Shown here: piece after piece, positions 60,558 to 64,000 of the stretch
Layout of the letters: the number at the start of each line of letters is the position of its first letter
Position numbering within the stretch: position 1 is the first letter of the stretch
Source of the DNA: a virus
IMG/VR virus record: IMGVR_UViG_3300020045_012645
Location: 36,022-100,021 of that record
Strand: one strand, 5' to 3'
DNA length: 64,000 nt
Notes under the pieces: generated by a model
Told to the model about the DNA's origin: nothing
Seen by the model: the letters and a program-made list of their open reading frames with translations, nothing else
Database searches by the model: none
Position numbers and translations under genes: made by a program

Positions 60558-60817
60558 ATTTTTCTCTCTTTGTTATAAAATTTTATCTAAGAATAAATCT
60601 TTTAATTGATTTTTTCCCCATGTTGGTTTGGTTTTTATTTCATCTAGAATTAATTTTAAAATTAATGAATGCTCTATTAATATTACTGATTTTGCTCCAG
60701 AATCAATACTATTATTTCTAACAATTGCATCTTCTAGTAATTTAACAAGTTCTAGTTTACCTAGATTTGTTTTTTCTGACTTTAATATATCTCTTAATAC
60801 TCGCATCTCTGGCACCC

Positions 60818-61219
60818 TTAATTAGTTCTAATTGAATTAGAATATGATTGTTTTTCCATTAGCTTATTAACCAAATTATCAACTTTTTGTTTTAGATTTT
60901 CATTGTCCGATATAAGTTTTTTATTATTATTTTCAATGGTTGAAATTTTGTTTTTTAATGTAAATAGTTCTACAGATTTTGACAGATTACTAGAATTTAG
61001 CTCAATATTAGTATTTGATATTGAGTTGTTTAATTTTATTAAATTATAATTTGCAGATTCTAGATTTTTTATTAAACTACTGTTTTCATCCTTAATGAAT
61101 GTGTTTTCTAATCTTAAGAATTTATATGCAATAAGCATTAATATAATTAATATTGAAAACCACAGGATACTCTCTACTTGGTACTTTTGTACTATTTCTA
61201 CTACTTGTTCTTTTTGCAT
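60818..61219 (-). CDS. Membrane-anchored coiled-coil protein
   Basis: TM segment followed by heptads. Confidence 0.55.
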   Translation of the reverse strand: MQKEQVVEIVQKYQVESILWFSILIILMLIAYKFLRLENTFIKDENSSLIKNLESANYNLIKLNNSISNTNIELNSSNLSKSVELFTLKNKISTIENNNKKLISDNENLKQKVDNLVNKLMEKQSYSNSIRTN

Positions 61220-61244
61220 TTTAATTCCAATTTATTTTATTTTT

Positions 61245-61472
61245 TTAATTACATTTTAGTGGTATATCTTTTTTTAGTTCATCATCATAGTAATACATTT
61301 TTTTTAGAACTATCATATCTGGTTCTTTTTTTTGAATCCATTTTTCTCCATCTAGACATACAAACTTGTGTCCATCTGGAAGCATTCCTACGCTATAAAA
61401 TTCTGGTTCAACATATTTATCTGTTGCAAATAATGATACTGTCAAGAGTGCCAGTGCTATGATTGTTTTCAT
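61245..61472 (-). CDS. Small exported protein
   Basis: Signal peptide and Cys pair. Confidence 0.55.
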   Translation of the reverse strand: MKTIIALALLTVSLFATDKYVEPEFYSVGMLPDGHKFVCLDGEKWIQKKEPDMIVLKKMYYYDDELKKDIPLKCN

Positions 61473-61715
61473 TTTATAATCCTATTTTTATATTATTTGA
61501 TGTAGTAACACCTAATTTATTTAGGAAATTATTTACTAGATATGTTTTATCTTTTTTAACTCTTTTTATATGACATATTTTTAATTTTTCTCTTGGATAT
61601 TGCAATACATCATCCATATCAATAAATCTGGTACTCTTGATTGAACCAATTGTAGTTTCATATGTAATTTCACCTTCATAAAAATTTGCTTTTTTGAAAT
61701 ATGCTTTATGATTCA

Positions 61716-62332
61716 TCATTGAACCTTTCTTATTATTTTTATATATTCTTGAACTTTATCTATTATCCAATAGTTTTTTTTTGCTTCGATACCTTTGTAT
61801 TCTTTTATAGCAGCTCTTTCATTGTTGTTATGTTTTTCCAATAGGAAGTTATATATTTCTATGCATGCTGCTACTGAGTTTTTTGGTATACCTTTTTCAT
61901 CTAGTAGTATATTCCAATAATCTGTTACTCCACATATTCCTTCTGCAAATCCACCTGCGTGCTGAGCATCGTGGTTAAAGAATGTTTCAGTACCAGCTAA
62001 TGCTAATCCATTTACTTTGTCTTTTTCTGAGTATCCAAACGCAACTCCGATATGATACGCTTTAGTTTTGCAGTTTCTGCATCTACTATGTCATTTTGTG
62101 CGATCGTTGCTTCTAGGTACTCTATATACTTATTAAGAGATATAACGCTATTTTCCATACTATCTGATCTAGTATAATAATATACTGTAGTTTCTTTTGC
62201 TTGATATAGCTGATTATTTAGTTTTTGTTGTACTATCGTACCTTCTATATAATAATATAAAATAATAAGGAGTACCAGAGTTGTGGCAACTATAGATAGT
62301 TCTCCATTTAATATTTCTGTTTCTTTATCCAT
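61716..62332 (-). CDS. Membrane-anchored lytic transglycosylase (SLT)-like protein, split by an apparent 1-nt homopolymer frameshift at 62022-62026
   Basis: One extra A joins ...LDTQKK to DKVNGLALAGTETFFNHDAQHAGGFAEGICGV...NSVAACIEIYNFLL...AAIKEYKG, which resembles SLT motifs; the ORF track missed the C-terminal half. Confidence 0.55.
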
Positions 62333-62708
62333 TGTTTATCTCCTAAATTAATTTCAACATCCGATTCAATTGCACTGGTACTCTTGATTATATTAATTTT
62401 CTACAATTTTGTAGCTTCCACAAAAGAATATTTCTTTATTGTTTTTATTTGATATAAACTCAATGCAACTATCATCATATGCAATAAAATTGTTTGTATA
62501 GTCTGCTCTTGATTGATTAAGCGTAATAGAATATTTTGATTTTTCAATTATTTTATCTATTTCCTTTTGTTTAAAACTTGTATAAAATACTAGTAACATG
62601 ACAATTATTCCTGAAAATATTATAGTTGCACTAATTTCATTATATATTTTATCTTTCATGTCTATTTTCCTATGTTAAATTTTCTAGCATCCGATATATC
62701 TATGGAAG

Positions 62709-62741
62709 AAAAAAAATAAGACTATCCCGAAGGATAGTCTT
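62709..62741 (-). terminator. Intrinsic terminator with cUUCGg loop
   Basis: Minus strand AAGACTATCC-TTCG-GGATAGTCTT followed by a T-tract. Confidence 0.85.
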
Positions 62742-62743
62742 TG

Positions 62744-62974
62744 TTATTCGCAATCTTCTACTCTATAATGTTTTCCATTATCATTGTAAAACCTATTAAG
62801 ATTTTCTGAGTATTTGTATGTTTCATTTGAAATAACTTTACTGTGTTGCGACAAGCCATTATTATTAAAACATAATAACTGTTTTCCATCATTAAATCTT
62901 TTTACTTTCAAATCATCTGGCTCTGAACATCCTGATAAAATCAGTACTGATAGTATTAATATTAATTTACTCAT
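62744..62974 (-). CDS. Small lipoprotein
   Basis: Lipobox LSGC after a signal peptide. Confidence 0.7.
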   Translation of the reverse strand: MSKLILILSVLILSGCSEPDDLKVKRFNDGKQLLCFNNNGLSQHSKVISNETYKYSENLNRFYNDNGKHYRVEDCE

Positions 62975-62984
62975 TATGCTATTC

Positions 62985-63824
62985 CTAGCATAAAGAGTAT
63001 TTAGATGTCAATACATCTTCTGGTTTTAAGTCACCAATGATTTTAGCGAATGGTTTACCTGATATTTGCATCATAATTGATTCAAGTAAATGAGATGCAG
63101 TTATTTCTGACATGATATCATTATAAATTGTTACCATATATTTTGAATGATTTGGATGAGAACCAAAACCATCATGAATTGGTTTAATTGGAAATGCTTT
63201 GTAATCTAATGATTTGATACATTTGTTTTTGATAGTAATCAATTGTTCAATAGAGTACTCTGCTAAGTCTTCTTCTTGTAATCTGAACAATACTGCATGA
63301 GATATGAAATCATGGTATCCCGTAGCTGTATGTTCTGGATTTAATAGTATGAATTCATCTACAAGAACTATTAAGTCCATCAAAGCTTTTGTATTGTAGT
63401 TACATCTGTTGATTAATTCTCTAGCTACAAATCCATCGCATGAGTGGATAATTGATACACCTAATGGAGTTGATTTAGCACTTGGATTGATAGCTTTTGC
63501 AATCATTTGAATTGGCATTTGTCCAAATGGATTTACAGTAATTTCTACTGTTTCATTTGGTCTAAGATTACATACGAATCCATCTGGCATAATCCATTTG
63601 AATGATGTTCTGTCATCATCCCATAGTGTCATAAATGTCTCTTTAAGCAATGAAACCATTGGAGTTGTATTATCTACAGCTTGATAGAAGTAGTCTTCTA
63701 TTCCTTCGAAGTATAACTCTTTTAAGTCATCTTTCAATTGTTGTTGAACAAGTATTTTTCCTGCTCCGTATCCACTGATCATATCTGATTGTTTAATGTG
63801 TGTTCTGTTAAATTTATATTTCAT
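62985..63824 (-). CDS. N4-like RNA polymerase II subunit (motif B and C portion of a T7-type RNAP)
   Basis: RTHIKQSDMISGYG (Rx3Kx7YG), WIMPDGF, IIHSCDG, PIHDGFGSHPN. Confidence 0.88.
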   Translation of the reverse strand: MKYKFNRTHIKQSDMISGYGAGKILVQQQLKDDLKELYFEGIEDYFYQAVDNTTPMVSLLKETFMTLWDDDRTSFKWIMPDGFVCNLRPNETVEITVNPFGQMPIQMIAKAINPSAKSTPLGVSIIHSCDGFVARELINRCNYNTKALMDLIVLVDEFILLNPEHTATGYHDFISHAVLFRLQEEDLAEYSIEQLITIKNKCIKSLDYKAFPIKPIHDGFGSHPNHSKYMVTIYNDIMSEITASHLLESIMMQISGKPFAKIIGDLKPEDVLTSKYSLC

Positions 63825-64000
63825 GTCGGTCTTTCCTTTGTTATTTGTTTTGTTTAGCTATTTCTAGCGCATTCCTAGCATCTACTGCATTAGCAGATGC
63901 TTTAATTAGTTGTAACATAATCTTAGCTCTTGTAAAGATATTTGATTTTTGATACAACTCACCTAATCTCTGGCACTCTTGATTTGCACTATCATATAAT

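Larger units (their letters stand above)
244..62382. repeat. Dispersed octamer CTGGTACT/AGTACCAG (extended form atCTGGTACTcttga)
   Basis: About 70 exact copies counted by eye on both strands, plus CTGGCACT, CTGGTTCT and CTGGTACC variants. Confidence 0.9.

Noticed and set aside
244-62382. Octamer as ends of a transposon/MITE or as a codon-bias artefact
   Set aside because: No conserved internal sequence, target duplications or transposase. Copies occur in several frames, on both strands and in intergenic DNA.

Overview
AT-rich phage genome segment with N4-like (Schitoviridae-type) transcription machinery. The host is probably a Campylobacterota bacterium (inferred from NrdA/NrdB style, AAGGA ribosome-binding sites and TTAAG...TATAAT promoters). 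The + strand (1-11386) holds the 5'-truncated giant virion RNA polymerase and a 1267-aa virion protein that may be its split-off C-terminal part. Everything from 11427 on reads on the - strand: two wHTH paralogs under a repeat array, a UvrD helicase, nucleotide metabolism genes (nrdA/B, nrdD/G, gmk-like, intein-containing thyX, two MazG-like), HU, a resolvase, an SSB/Sak4/helicase-primase/SF2/Cas4-like replication block, many small early genes, degenerate tRNA-like elements, a TAXI-type binding protein, a DHH phosphoesterase and an RNAP II fragment. The best candidate for a new system is a compact retron-type reverse transcriptase (41726-42538) at the end of a MoxR-ATPase operon. Its msr/msd-like ncRNA lies downstream of the RT stop codon and predicts a branched ssDNA with two GAA mini-hairpins. 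Second is the octamer CTGGTACT/AGTACCAG, which occurs about 70 times (by-eye count) in coding and intergenic DNA. All assignments come from motif recognition; no database search or folding program was run.
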